Source of the DNA: Lama glama
Lineage: Eukaryota
Direction of reading: 5' to 3'
Length of the DNA stretch: 64,000 nt
Assembly: GCA_028534125.1 (NCBI GenBank)
Contig: CM052832.1
Coordinates: 19,036,001-19,100,000 of the forward strand
Below the pieces are notes generated by a model, which was not told the DNA's origin, did no database searches, and was given only the letters and a program-made list of their open reading frames with translations. Positions 13,547-27,340 of this stretch are shown here, in pieces. Positions within the stretch are counted from its first letter, which is position 1. Every line of letters starts with the position of its first letter. The position numbers and the translations under genes were made by a program.

Positions 13547-14544
13547 TCTCTTTTATCAAAGCTTATACATCCGGCAAACTTTCTTTCCTTTCACCACCCT
13601 GCACTGTAGCAGACTCAAGGAAGACAAGGGTCACAGGGTACCCTCTTATCTGTGCCCACCCCTCATTGCCCATGTGACACTGCTGTCATCATTCAGAAAA
13701 TCCAGGTGCCTTCTGAGCTTTGTCTAGACCCCTTTTTACCTGGGGAGGTCTCAGGGAAAGCAGCTTGATATGGTTTTTGGGGTGTCAGATAAGCCCCTCC
13801 TTAAGATATCTGTCCACCATCCCATATTTGGGTCTTTCTCTGATGGTCTCTTTTATTTTTTTATTTAAACAATTTATGTAATTGATGGCCTCTTTTAAAA
13901 TCCAGATATCCCTAAGAAGGGTAACACATTACAACTCTCAAATCTTGGCTCCATTATTTCTCTACTTTACACTACTATAGACTTTAAATAATGTAAATAT
14001 CCCACTACACACTTTGGTAGTGAAAAGAAGTGAGAGAGACCAGGGGAAATTGGACTTTGGGAGTCATTGCTTTAATATGAATATACTTCTGATTGAATTC
14101 AAACCTTTTTGAGTATACTGGGTGCCAGGAGTTTTGCTAAGGGTTACAGGCATAGGGGAACACATGAAGAATTGATCTCTATCTGGGAGATTTGACTATG
14201 AACTATGCATTAAATAATATCAGAGAATCATTGTTAATTTTATTAGTCAACTATGTAGAAAAAGGTCCTTATTTTTTAGAGATGCTCTTACTAAAATGTG
14301 TAGGGTTGACATGTCATAAAGCCTGCAATTTATTTTAAAATATTTCAGCAGGAAAGCAAATGAAGTGAATATGGCAAGATGTTAACAATTGTTAAATTAG
14401 ATGATGGGTATATGAGATTCATTATATTATTTTCTCTACTTTTCTGTATGTTTGAAAATTTTTCACAGTAAAAAGTTAAAAAGGAAAACAGAGCTTCCCA
14501 GTAGCTCAAAATCAAAGTTCTATTGCAAGGCTAACAACTGGATT

Positions 14545-15148
14545 TTGTAGCAAGCAGAATTCTAAGATGGTCCCATGATTCTTGGCGCTTAGTATACACG
14601 CTCTGTATAATTCACTTATGTAGAGTGTGGGCAAAATTTGTGAATGTGATGAGATTTTACTTCCATGACTAGATTTTGTTATACGGTAAAGATGAAAAAA
14701 TTTGCAGATGTAATTAAGGTCCCTGATCAGTTGATTATGAACTAATCAAAAGAGAAATTATCATTGGTGGGCCAGACCTAATCAGGTGCTCCCTTTAAAG
14801 GAGAGATTACAGGCAGCAACAGACACTCTCTCATTGGCCATGAGGAATTAGAACTGCTATGTTGTAAAAAGGGCCATGTGGCAGGGAACAATGGGTAGCC
14901 TTTAGTTGTTCAGGTCCTCAGTCCTACAACCACAGTGAACTGAATTCTTCCAACAACCCTGAATTTGAAAGGACACCTAGAGCCTCAGAGGAGATCACAG
15001 ACCTGGTTAATACACTGACTGCAGCATTGGGAGACCCTGAGCAGATTCATGCCCAGTCTCCTGACCCATAGAAACCGTGAGATAATAAATATACATTGTT
15101 TTAAGAAAAATAAGCTTGTGATAATATATTATGAAGCAATAGATAAAA
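14545..15148 (+). mobile_element. MLT1-type (ERVL-MaLR) LTR
   Basis: tgtagcaagcagaattctaagatgg...tttgcagatgtaattaagg...gaaaccgtgagataataaat...gcaatagataa. Confidence 0.8.
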
Positions 15149-15152
15149 TAAA

Positions 15153-15949
15153 TCCATATCACCTCACACCAGTCAGAATGGCCATCATTCAGAAGTCCAC
15201 AAATGATAAATGCTGAAGAGGGTGTGAAGAAAAGGGAAACCTCCTATACTGTGGATAGGAATGTAGTTTGGTGCAGCCATTATGGAAAACAGTATAGAGA
15301 TCCTCAAAAAACTAAAAATAGACTCACCATATGATCCAGCAATCCCACTCCTGGTCATATATCCAGAGGGAATTCTAATTCTTAAAGATACATGCACTCT
15401 AATGTTCACAGCAGCACTATTTACAATAGCCAAGACATGGAAACAACCTAAATGTCCATCGATAGATGACTGGGTAAAGAAGTTGTGGTATATTTATATA
15501 ATGGACTACTACTCAGTCATAAAAAAGAATAAATATGCTATTTGCAGTAACATGGATGGACCTAGAGATAATCATTCTAAGTGAAGTAAGCCAGAAATAG
15601 AAAGAAAAATACCATATACCACTCATACGTGGGATCTAAAAAAAGAAAAAAAGAAGATACTAATGAACTCATCTACAAAACAGAAACAGACTCAGACAAA
15701 GAAAACAAATTTACGGTTACCAAAGGGGAAAGGGAAGGGAGAAGGATAAATTAGGAATATGGGATTAACAGATACACATTACTGTAATATATAATAGATA
15801 AATAACAAGGATTTATTGTATAGCACATGGAACTATAGTCAATATTCTGTAATAACCTATAGTGGAAAAGAATCTGAAGCTATACACTTGAAACCAACAC
15901 AATATTGTAAAACAACTATAGTTTAATAAATAAAAAATAAATAATAAAA
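15153..15949 (+). mobile_element. L1 3' end with ORF2 C-terminal remnant
   Basis: ORF 15282..15584 [24 protein letters not shown]...FTAALFTIAKTWKQPKCPS is the L1 ORF2 C-terminus; A-rich tail. Confidence 0.93.
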
Positions 15950-16443
15950 TCTCCCTCTTGGTTAGAGTTCCTGTCAACTCAAGTGGAACCCTATGTGAGT
16001 ATAATGTAAGCAACATATGACTGGATTGGGTCCCTTGAAGGAAATGTGACTCACTGAATCCTTGAGTTTCACCCATTCTAATTACCCGGCTGATAATCTG
16101 TTTCAGACATCGCATTTCCCACCCGCCCCCACCCCAGACACTGTAATAAATGAAAGTTCCAGCACACACACAACATCTTGACTGATGTAAACATTGAGTG
16201 GTACTCCCCATCTAGGTGGAGGCATGAAGAAAAGAGGCCCTCTCTTGCATGTTACTTGAAACAAAGTGACTTAGTTACCTCTAACTAGGATAGAGCTGAA
16301 GGGAGGAAATAGGAAGATAGAGTAAAAATTAAGAAAAGATCATGAGAACAGGGTGCCCAGGACGTGAAGGAGGAGATGGAGGGGGAAGCTTGGAGTGGAT
16401 TTGCATGACGGGCAGGAAGGAGCGTGTTGGGGAAAGGTGTGCA

Positions 16444-16533
16444 GGGAAGGGAAGGGAAGGGAAGCGAAGGGAAGGGAAGGGAAGGGAAGGGAAGGGAAGG
16501 GAAGGGAAGGGAAGGGAAGGGAAGGGAAGGGAA
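16444..16533. repeat. (GGGAA)18 microsatellite
   Basis: Direct reading; one GCGAA variant unit. Confidence 0.97.
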
Positions 16534-16927
16534 GGCAGTGGAGGAGAGAGGAGCGGGCATCACCCAGGGACACTCACGGTTGAGCTGCCGCCTCCGGATC
16601 CTGTCCCTCCATGGCCTGTTTCTGATCCAGTGCAGTCGCGAGGGTAACACCATGGTCCCAAAGTGAGGATCTAATACCTCCTCATGGCTGGGGAACAAAA
16701 AGTCTCGCAGCGATACAGGAAGTCAACGACAGACTAAAAATTAAAAAAAAAAAAAAGCCCTCTTCTCTTTTTTTATATCCGAGGCTTCCGTTGTCTTCTT
16801 TTATCTTGTAACTTGCCTTTCCTTTTCTTCCTTTAACTCCCAACTGGCCCGAAGGCAGCTGCCACGCTGGGCTGCCTGGCGGAGCCTGTCCCAGCCTCCT
16901 GTGCCATGTTTTATGCATGAAGGTGAT

Positions 16928-16995
16928 GGGGCAGTAATTTATTCACGCTGAGCTGATCACCGGGGCGGTAATTTATTCACGCTGAGCTGATCACC
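16928..16995. repeat. 34-bp tandem duplication (2 copies, 1 mismatch)
   Basis: ggggcagtaatttattcacgctgagctgatcacc / ggggcggtaatttattcacgctgagctgatcacc. Confidence 0.95.
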
Positions 16996-18594
16996 GGGCT
17001 CCTGTGTCTTCCCCACGTCAGAGGCTGGGGGAGGGCAGGTGTATCTGTCTGTACGGAAGAATGGCCTGAAATGGGAATCCTTCTCCGCAGGCGGGATTGA
17101 AGATCAGCACTTGGCTGCCAGGAACACAGGCAGGCCTGCTGGAACTCAAATCAGGGCCACGGCTGGCACATTTTAGTCCATGTGATTTATAGCTGCTGGG
17201 TCTCTAGCACTGAAGAGAGTGACTGACACTGGGTAGGTGAACAATAAATGTTTGTCGCGTCCATGAGCGGTTCGGAGATAAGCAATATCACGCCTTTATC
17301 GAACCTGCTCAATTCACTGTCTTCAAAATGCTTCTTTGAACTTCCTCACCCATTCCATTGTCCACACTTTTCTCTCCATCTAAGATCACAGTCTGTCCTC
17401 ACCTACCCATTCATGCTTCAAAATCTCATTTTGCAGTAAAGCGTTCCTGAACCCATATTGATGGGGCCTCCTCCACGCACCTGAGCTTCTCACACTCATC
17501 AGGCCTGGATGGCCATAACTGGTTAGGGCTTCTGTTTGTTTGCTAGTTTGTTTGAACATGCACGTGGGGCTTTGCTGGCCCAAACAGCAAGTAAGCGTCT
17601 TGGCAGGAACTGTTTTCCTCTTCCGAGCTGCCACCTACAGGGGTTTGCACGTGAAATTAGCTGCAGCTTGAGTCTGCCTCCCCTCATCTCCATCGGCCCC
17701 TCCTCAAACCACCCTAAATAAATATACCGTCTAACAAGGTACACTGTATCGACTATAATGCAGCCTCCACATGGGACCCCGAGGAGCTGTGCCTGAGAGG
17801 GGAAGCTCTATTATCAATTGCTTACTTTGTTCCAAGCTCTTCAATGTGCAATGTCAGATTGCTCCAGACCGCAGTTATTGATCAAAGCCTCAGGAACAGT
17901 CTTGCCAGGAGGTTGGAGCTGCAAAGAGTGACACTCGAGTTACCAAGTTTAGCCCAAGATAATCCGTAAGGTTGGTAAAGGCAGAAACCCTGCCCTCTTA
18001 TTTGTGCCCTTCGTGGTGCCACGAGCAGACTTGGGGGAAAGTGCTAAGACGGGAGTGGGGAGGGTCGAATTGTAATTAGCCAGGCACGTGCTTTAGTCCC
18101 TGTGCCTTGTTTTCTTCATCTTAAAATGGAAATAACCTGCAGACCCCATGGGGTTGTCAAGATGAAATGAGATAAAGGTAAAATAACTCTTTAAGGGTTG
18201 GCAGAGGATGGGTTTGGTCCCCAGGAGCTCAGCCTTCTTGTCCAACGAGCACAATGCCTGGCTGTGAAGAGAGCACACCCCAGAGCCGCAATGCCGGAGT
18301 TCAAACTCCTAGAAGCCTGTTCAGTAGCTTCACCACTCTAACATCATCGTACCCCAGTTTCTTGCTCTGTAAAATGGACATAAGAATAAGAGCCGCTGCC
18401 TTAGGGTCATGCTGACGATTTAGTGAATTGATCCATGCAAAGGGCTTTGTGTTTAGCTTTGGGGAACTGCTCCATGTTGTCAGTGGCTATTGGTCACTAG
18501 TCATGCAGTTTCATGAAAGTTGACAAGTTCCCTGGGTCTCCCTTTCTTTACCTGCAAAATGAGGTGGTATGGGATACATTACATGAAGAGTCCT

Positions 18595-18800
18595 GGGTTT
18601 TAGTTTCCTGTTGTTGCTATAACAAACCATCACACATTTAGTGGCATCACACAACACAAATTTATCTTATGGTTCTGGAGGTCAAAGTCTAAAATGGGTC
18701 TAACAGGACTAAAATTGAGTGTCTGCAGGGTTGCATTCCTGGGGACTCTAGGGGAGGATCTGTTCTTCGCCTTGTTTATCCAGATTCTAGAGGCTTCCTT
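18595..18800 (-). mobile_element. MLT1 LTR fragment
   Basis: ttagtttcctgttgttgctataacaaaccatcacacatttagtggc...gttctggaggtcaaagtc. Confidence 0.75.
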
Positions 18801-21181
18801 CAATCTATTTCCAGGTTATCTTTCTTAGCCTGAGGGACCACGACCTGGGTTTACACCCAAAGTGGTGACTTGGTAACTGTGGGTCACGTGGGGCTTTGCT
18901 GGTCCAGACAGTCGCTGCTGGACCCTGAGCCCTCACTGATGTGCCTACATTCCAAACTTCATTTTCTGAAGGGAAGTTGGGGGAGAGTAGACACCAAGAT
19001 CAGGACAAAACCTATGGAAGATTTGAGTGACTATTGCAACTGGACACAACTCCCTAGAATGACGCACACAGCATAAGAAAGCTGTATATTTGAGGGACCA
19101 GAAACGGTTGCTCTAACAATCCTGTCTGGTCTTGACCCCTACAACTGTTAACTGCAACACATTTCTGCTCTCCATGTCACCATAAATCAAATCAGGGAGC
19201 CGCCAGCTAAGCAAATTAGAGATGAAGGGAAACTCAGAGAGGCTCCTAGGGTGTCATGGCCACACTCCCTTCCGTCACCTTTCACCATTTGGCTTTTGCA
19301 AATCTGTGCCCACAATGAACTTGAATGTGGAGAATGTTATACAAAATGGAGTACCCTTCTTTTTTCTTTTTCTTTCTCAATCAGTATCAGACCTTCTTTC
19401 CTCCTCACTAAGCCACACATTTCCTCAAGCTTCTGCTGCATGAGTCACTGCTTTTCAGATGTACATAATTTACAAAAGCAGATGAGAGAGAACAGTGGGC
19501 CAGAGGGGGCGGGAAGCACAGTTAGGTCTAAAATGAGAGGCAGCTGAAAAGTTTGTGTTTCCTCTTGTGAATTTAAATACAGATCTTTCCAGTTTACTCC
19601 TTACCATGGGGGAGAGACCTGGAGGTGAGGGGGTGACACAAGAAACAGAAGACTCACCATCATCTTTTACTGTCATTTTTTCTGCTCAGATGGGCACTGC
19701 TGCAGACCCCTGCCTCATACCATATGGTTCCCTTTCCTGACTCTTCAATTTCATCTTTTCTTTTATCAAGTACACACTCATAAATGCCTGGAATAAATGG
19801 TCTGTGGAGTGTCATTCTCCAAAGGAACATTTTCATTTGTGTTAAGTGTAGAACATCAATTTTTATTCTTCTTTGGGCTCGCCTTGCTATTAAATTTTCA
19901 CAAGTTGCAGAATTTCACGATGAAATGCGGAGATCCTGCCAGGAGTCTTGTGTTACAAAGAATATGGAGAAAAACATAATTATGTGATCCTTTCTGCATT
20001 TTTCCCTTCAACTCATTTTCAATAAATGGGAGCAAAATGTTAGATTCAGGAGAAAGAGCACCAGCATGTCTGTTTCTACTTTAAAACTGTCCTGGGGAGA
20101 AACAGACCTTCAATTACTCGGTGGAGAATAGAAATTGCTGAACCAAGGCACACTGTGCTCCTTTTAGAAAGAAAGTCACTAAGGGAAACTTGTTATTGAT
20201 GTAAAATAAAAGCTTATTAAACACCAGGAGGAAATGACAGCATAGCACCTGATTTATTTCTCTCCTGTCACAAACACACCTCAAAAGGACACAGAGTTCA
20301 GTTTATTCTTTGGAGAATGGAATGGAACAGAGACAGGTTCTAGTTATGGCTACTGGACCATCGATCTACCTGCGCTGATTGAGTACTTAACAAGAAACAG
20401 GCCTTGTGCTGCATGCTTTAAGTAGATATATAATTTTATTTCATATCCCCCATACTCTTATTAATAAGTTATTAATAATCCCATTTTACAAGTAACAGAG
20501 TAAAGGCTAAAGAGTAGTTACTCTAAATACCAATGATCTAAAGCATACAGTACTTTACAGATATGAATTCATATCACTGTCATGCTAAGATAATCCCGTA
20601 CCCATTTTGCAGATAGTGAAACTGAGGCACAGAAACATATAATAATTTGCTGTGGTCAAACACCTAACAGGTGGCTGAGATGAGGTTTGATTTCAGATAA
20701 CTTGGCTCTATGTTTAACCACAACCTCCATTAATGCTCCAAATTAAGCAATTAAAAAATACTACAGTGTAACTATGTATTGTGCTCTACATATTCAGTGC
20801 TTCTTAAGTTTGACAATACCATTCCGTTTTTGAAATATGTCTTAAGCAGCCTTGGCAAAGGTAGTTACTGAATAGTAAAGAATTAGAACATTTGACAAGT
20901 ATTAGAGGATTATCTTAGACAATATCACATCCAAAAGCCTCATTTTACAGAAAATGAAAATGAGACTCAGAGAGTTTAGGGGACACATCTCAGTTTGTAC
21001 AGCAAGTTGGTGAATCCCGGCAAACTCTTAACCCACTCCATCCCTGAACCTCAATACCTCCCCTCTGGCTATTCCCACAGTCAGAATCCTGACCAAAATG
21101 ACCATCATCATCGTCACATGAACTGCCTTGACAACATAACAGGTGTCTTCATGTGCCACTCTTGCTACCCACTCCAATCAA

Positions 21182-21373
21182 TTTGCTTTTTATTGACTTT
21201 ACAGTTTTGTGTTAATTTCTAGTGTACAGCACAGTTAATTCATTTATCCACATATATATATATGTATTCCTTTTCACAATCTTTTTCATTATAGGCCATT
21301 ACAAGGTACTGAATATAGTTCCCTGTGCTATACAGTAGGACCCTGTTGTTTATTTATTTCATATTTAGTAGTT
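21182..21373 (-). mobile_element. L1 3' end fragment
   Basis: tttttattgactttac...gaatatagttccctgtgctatacagtaggacc. Confidence 0.85.
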
Positions 21374-22021
21374 AGAGCCATCTTCAGACAATGCAGGTAT
21401 GAAAATACACTACAACCACTTAAACCCCTTTAGTAATGTAATTACTCTCAAGATAAAAACCCAAATTTCTTAGCCGTACTTCAAAGTGAACTACTCCCAC
21501 AACAGTGGAGAAGAGACAGGTAGCAAAGATGTTAAACCACTGGAATTGATGATTCATTTACTGGAAGAAGGAGATAAAAGAGCCATCCAGGAGATGACAT
21601 CAGAAGTCCAGTTTGCAGCACAGAAGAAAGTGCCCAGGCATTGAGTTTAAGCTTCAAAAGGCAGTGACACAGACAGTGTGCAGAAAAACAGACAGAGGAA
21701 TAACTGAGGGCAGCTGGGTGTGAACTTGTTAACTTAGCCACCCCATGTTTGTCCCAAGAGCCCTCTAAATTTACAATCACTGTGAGACCTCATGGAAGGG
21801 TCTTACTTCCTTCTGTGATTAAGGGCCCAGATATTTTAAGTTTGAAAATAATTGATTATGCAAACCATGACTGATGGACATCAGTGGAGCAGAACTGCCT
21901 TCATGTGGTGCAGGAGAGACAAGAGCAGCTGACTCTGCCAACCCAAGGGGGCAGCCTTCATTTAGACAGTGGTCACATCACTTCTGTGGTGGCTTCCTCT
22001 GGGGATACTCCACAGGTAGGG

Positions 22022-22160
22022 GAATAAAAAAGAATGAACTAATACCATTTACAGCAACATGGATGGACCTGGAGATCATCATTCTAATTGAAGTAAGCCA
22101 GAGAGAGAAAGAAAAATACCATATGATATCACTCATATGGGGAATCTAAAAAAAGAAAAG
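22022..22160 (+). mobile_element. L1 fragment (ORF2 end)
   Basis: IKKNELIPFTATWMDLEIIILIEVSQREKEKYHMISLIWGI in ORF 21874..22149. Confidence 0.88.
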
Positions 22161-25100
22161 CAAAGGAAGTATGGAAGATGCTCATATAGCCCATAGGGCG
22201 TTGCCATGTGACTGAGTCAGAGGAAGGTGATATCTCGAGGTACCAGCAGCTGCCTGCTTAGAGCCTCAGAGAGGCAGGGGCAGCCTTCACAGAGCCATCT
22301 TGCTCCCACGTGTGGTGCTGAGGTCCAGAGCCTGAGATGAAGGCGCCAAGGGAAGACTTGTCTCTGGGAACTACCTCCCACTAAGCAAAACTTCAACAAA
22401 AAGATAGACAGAAATCAGAAAAGAGCCACATTAATGGACAACAAGGAAGAAAAACTGCCAATGAAACATGTAGATTAACTGGTCAATATACTTAAAAGTG
22501 AAATAGAACTTAAGATACAAAAAAGATGTGCATTTATTGAGTGCTTACTGCATGCCAGACACTGTGCTAAATGTTCTGGAGGGGCAGTTTTCCCCCCACA
22601 GTGGGAAAGCCAAATTATAACCAGAATTTTGCTTGGTGAGAGTAAAATCTGAACCAAGTGAGTCAGTGAGTTAGCTGATGCCAATGGTGAGTGTCATCGA
22701 GTTAAGATAACCAATTCTAGTTTGCCAGAGACTTCCCCAGTTTGAGCACTGAAAGTTGTTCATTCTGGGAAATCCCCTAGTACTAAGGAAACCAGCTGGC
22801 TGATCACCCTCCGTCAAGTTATAATGGCCCAGAGTTCCTCTCTCCTCTTTTTTGCGTGACATCTAGAAAGGAAGGGACATCTATCTCATTGGGGCACCTT
22901 CGCTGCTGGACAGTGTTGGAGGAACACTGACAAGTTCCAATTGTTATATCTAACAGTTCTTCCTTATTATCCTCTGCTTCCTTCCTATATCTGGTGCCAT
23001 AGATTCATCTTGAGATGGTGAAGCGGGAGCACAGGTTGTCTCACTCAGTACTGTTTCCTCTTTCAGTGTCTTCCTGCTCCGTAGTGGTGGAAACCTACGC
23101 ACATCCTGCAGACCCACCTGCCACTAGAGCACCTCACGTGACTTAAGAGTCTGCAGGCTGGTGCACTGATGTGAATTTTGAAGGAGCAAGTGGGCAAAAC
23201 AAGTTGTTGGCCTTGTGTAGGAGAGTGAACTTTCAGGCCAGTACAGTGGCTTTCATTCTTCTGAAGCCAGCAGGAGCAGGGCAGCTTCTGGACTGAGAAG
23301 CTCCCTGATCATGGGAGAGGCATGGTGCTTCTGGGCCCGTGTTGGCTACTGCTCCCAGTTCTTTTGAGAAGCTCAGGCTAGGTTGTGTACCTTCAGCCCT
23401 CCCAGTGATTTGATGAGTTATCACTAACTGTTCATAACTCTCCTTCTGCATAGATTAGCCAGAAGACCCTGTAATCTGCGAAGAAACAGACTGACACAAA
23501 TGGTAAATAGGATGCTATCATCAACAGCTTAATACCTGCTTCCTGGAATGCTGTCTTGGAAAGGATTCTGAGGTCTCACCCAGGCTCCGTGAGCAAGGCT
23601 GCTCTGATGGACTGGAGAGCTCTCTTATGGCATCAGAGGGGGAGTCAGTGCAGCTTCGCCATCTGTGGTTAAGACTATTGACAAAACCATGTCTTTCTTC
23701 TTTTGTCTTATGACCATACTGTCATTTTAAAGATATCTTCTGCTGAGGTGTTGATTTTGTGAGTGTAACTCTAGAGATCAGAAATGTTAGACCTATTTCT
23801 TTAACCTTAAATTTAGAAGTATAAGCTATAATTGTCCCTGATATCAAGGGTTGAATAATTGTTGACATAAGTTCTTGAAGAATGTAAATGCTCTGTTGAA
23901 AATGTCTTGCTCAGCAAAGATAAAGAAAAGAAGATTGAAGAATATTTACATTCTAGTGAGTATTACATAGGTCTATATATTACAGTATGTATATGTTACA
24001 TTTGAGGAGTATTGTAAACGGTGGCTAGAGAAGGAATGAAGATCTTGCTCAAATTTAAATCTCTGTACATTCTATTTCTTATCATCATTATAACTTCCCT
24101 TTACTATTCAACAGTTTAGAATAAAATTTGTTTTACCCTGTACAAAGGTCGTAATATGTGCTTGAAGGAGGAAATTGTGTTTATTCCCTTGGACATAGAA
24201 TATGACTGTTACAAGGAACAGACTGTCTCAAACTCTAAACAAAGCTATCAGCCTTGTGTTATTTTCTCTTCCACCATATACATTGCTCAGGTTCTCTTGT
24301 TAGACAGCTGGCCCTTCTTAGATCTGTAGAAAGAATTAATCAAACCACTTGGAAGTAATACAAACACAAGACACAGCATGATATCTTTGACAGTTCTTAG
24401 ACTTAGGGGTTCCTCCTTGTCCCTCCCTTGTACCACCCCCACCTGAAAAGGCTCATCTCTCTTGGTGGAACTTTCTCTCCCGGGGGGATTTTTACTTTCA
24501 AACTCAGGGGGTCCCAAGGTGAGGCTGTAGAGGAGACATAATAGGCTCTCCAGCTGCTAACATCACATCGCCCAGGCGCTACCTGTTCTGACACCCCAGA
24601 GTGGAAACTGAGTGAAACCCCTGTGCATCCAACCTAGGGCACAAGAACCAGAAAAGGAAATTTGGAGCTGGAAACAACTGGAGGCAAATTCCAGTTTCTT
24701 TTCTATTTAATCAAGAACAGATGTCCTCCTTATGAGTCTTTTAGTTTCAAGTGATAGAAATCCACTACAAACATAATGAGTTTGTTTTTTTTAAGTGTGG
24801 AGAGAGTGTTTACGATCAGATGATAACAGCGAATGTTTCAAGCAGGTGTCTGAGGAGAGGACCGCCCCGAGAACCCACGGGCAGTAACCCGTCAGACTCT
24901 GCTTGGCTTTCACTTGTTCTCAAGAGTCACAAGATGCAATCTGGGCTTCTGAGTGCTCAGCTGCCCTCCTGGCCTCATGGGCAGCCCAAGGCTCCGGCGT
25001 TAAACCAGAGGATTGAATTCTGACTGGACCCTTTCAAGCTGTGTGACCGTGGAGAGTCTGCTAAGCCACTGGAGGCCTGAGTGTCCCTGACCTTGGATGA

Positions 25101-25659
25101 GAACAACCACAGCTTCGACCCCACAAGACTGTGGTGAGGATCCGATGAGCTCATCCACATAAAAACAGTGCCAGCACTTTGTATTTATGAGCTGTTAATC
25201 TGGTTATATACTCTTGTTTCTCTCTGTGGATTGGTTTTCCCTGCTTCACTGGGCCCACATCCAAGGCTGGCCAACTCACAATGGCAACCTCACTTCTAAG
25301 TCCACATCACCCCCCACCAGGCTGACAGCCAGACGGCACAGGATTCTTTCTGTTCCCAAATCAAAACCTCAGGATAAAGAATCTCCTTGGCTGGACTGTG
25401 GTCTTAGAGACAGATGAATTTGGCTGTGGAGGATGGAAGTGTGTGTGTGTGTGTGTGTGCGCACGTGCACGTGTGTGTAGGGGGAGCACAGGGTGGAGGG
25501 ATGCGGGGTGGAGGTGATGGTGGTAGTTCTCAAAAAAAGAAAGGGTGTCTTTAAGGGCTGGTTAATCCTCCCAAAAAAGGTGAGCCCAGAAAACCTGCAT
25601 TTTGTAATTTTGTGATGTCTTTGATAAACACTGCTGGAGCCCATCCCAGATACCTTGCA

Positions 25660-26054
25660 TCCTTTTACCATATCTGTGTGTTGCATTCCTCATGCGCAAC
25701 CTTTCTGTGCCCCTGACCTACTGAGTCACTTTACTCTCAAGTGCAGAGACTCAGAAGGACCAAGCCTCCCTTCCTCCAGGGCCACCCATAACCAGGAAGT
25801 GCCACCTGCTGGTGAGGGTCTGAATGTCCAGCAACCCTGCCTTTCAGTGAGCATAATTCACCCTCCGGAGCTACGGTGGGGGTGGGGGGATCAGGCTGAG
25901 GAAGGAGGTAAGGATTCTACCTGAGATGGCACTATTCTTGGGTCCTTCCCCATCTCTGTCCGTCTTCCTGGCTTCCCCAGGAACCTTTCCTTAATAAATC
26001 ACTTACACACGAATCCTGCTCTCAGGGTCTGTTTCTGGAGCTCCACTGAAAACA
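25660..26054 (+). mobile_element. LTR16-like ERVL LTR (old)
   Basis: 3' end ccttaataaatcacttacacacgaatcctgctctcagggtctgtttctgg...aaaca; 5' boundary approximate. Confidence 0.7.
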
Positions 26055-26899
26055 ATCCCACAGATCAAAACATGAGTCTGCACTCATTGGTGAGCTGTTA
26101 ATGCATGTAACTGATGTCCATGGGAAAGGGATTCCTCCGATCATCTGAGGTCGGCGGGTGTAGGTTCACCCTTGCATTCTTTGGTGGGACCCCCACCCAC
26201 TGAGAGAGGGTGTTGGAGAGGCCCATCTCTCTGCCTTCAGAAAATGTTCTTCTTTCAAAGAAAACAAGGAGGACAGCCTGTCTTATTTAAAAAAAAAAGA
26301 AAGAAAAAACGAAGAAAGAAAGGGAAAAAAAAAAAAAAAAAAGGTTGGTCTGGTATGTGACCTGATCTTCTTCGCTGGCCCCTGTCCCCCGCCAGCTGGG
26401 AGAGCAGTTTTAACTTTCAGAAAAATAGACTCTTCCTGCCAAGTCCAGCTGCCTGTCTGAAAGCTAAACACGGGCAGGCCAGTAAACGAAGGCAGGATGA
26501 GAGGCGACATTTCTAGGACAAGCTGCCTCCTTAGCTGATTCTCAGGAAGTAAACTCATTCCTATAGCGGGGGTTGCTAGTACTGATTATAAGGACGAGCT
26601 CTTTGAGTGGATTTCAATGAGAAATGTTCTTGCACGAGAGCTCATGCAGGGCTGGCTGTTTCCTCAGGCCTGAAGCCAAACAAGGTGCTCCCCTGGGCCA
26701 GTCTCGATGCGAGGCAGACAAGACAGTCACCGGCGGGCTGGAACTGGAGCGTCTCCACTTCCCAACCCCACTTCCAAATATCCTGACCACCTCAGCCTGA
26801 CACTGAGGACTAAAGTCCTACCCCCCAAATTCACCTCATTAGGCTGAAAATGTCTCTGTTGTTCAAATGCAAACCTTCCGAGAAAGAGAACACATTTCC

Positions 26900-27340
26900 C
26901 TGTTGCATTTACCAGAGTTGCAAGTGACAGAAACTTAACTAGAAATGACATAAGCATATAACAGGATTTACTGTTATATGTTTGGCTCAGTAATAAGGGT
27001 AGACTGGCTTCAAGCACAGCTAGGTCAGGTACCAGAATAACATCATCAGAAATCTATCTTTTCTTTCTTTTTGCCAGCTTTGCTTTTCTCTGTGTTGGCT
27101 TCATTCTCAGATGGCTCCGCTCCTACTCTCTCAGCAACCCCCGTCATCCCAGCCAAATCTCAGGACTGCCTCTCGTTGGCTCACGTTGAGTCACATGGTC
27201 TCCATGATCCAATCGTTGTGACTCTGACTGAGGAGGCCTTGCTCATGTGCCAACGGCTGGGTGGGGAAGAGGGGTCAGCCCCACCCAGAGTCGGAGAGGG
27301 TGGCTCAGCAAAGAAAACGTCAGTGCTCTTACCAAGAGAA
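26900..27340 (-). mobile_element. Old MLT1 (J/K-like) LTR fragment
   Basis: gttgcaagtgacagaaacttaact...ctggcttcaagcacagctag...ctctgtgttggcttcattctcaga. Confidence 0.6.

Noticed and set aside
15185..15584. ORFs 15282..15584 and 15185..15433 as host genes
   Set aside because: L1 ORF2 C-terminal remnant and its antisense
16285..16698. ORFs with PFPSL/GKGRE repeats
   Set aside because: Translations of the (GGGAA)n microsatellite
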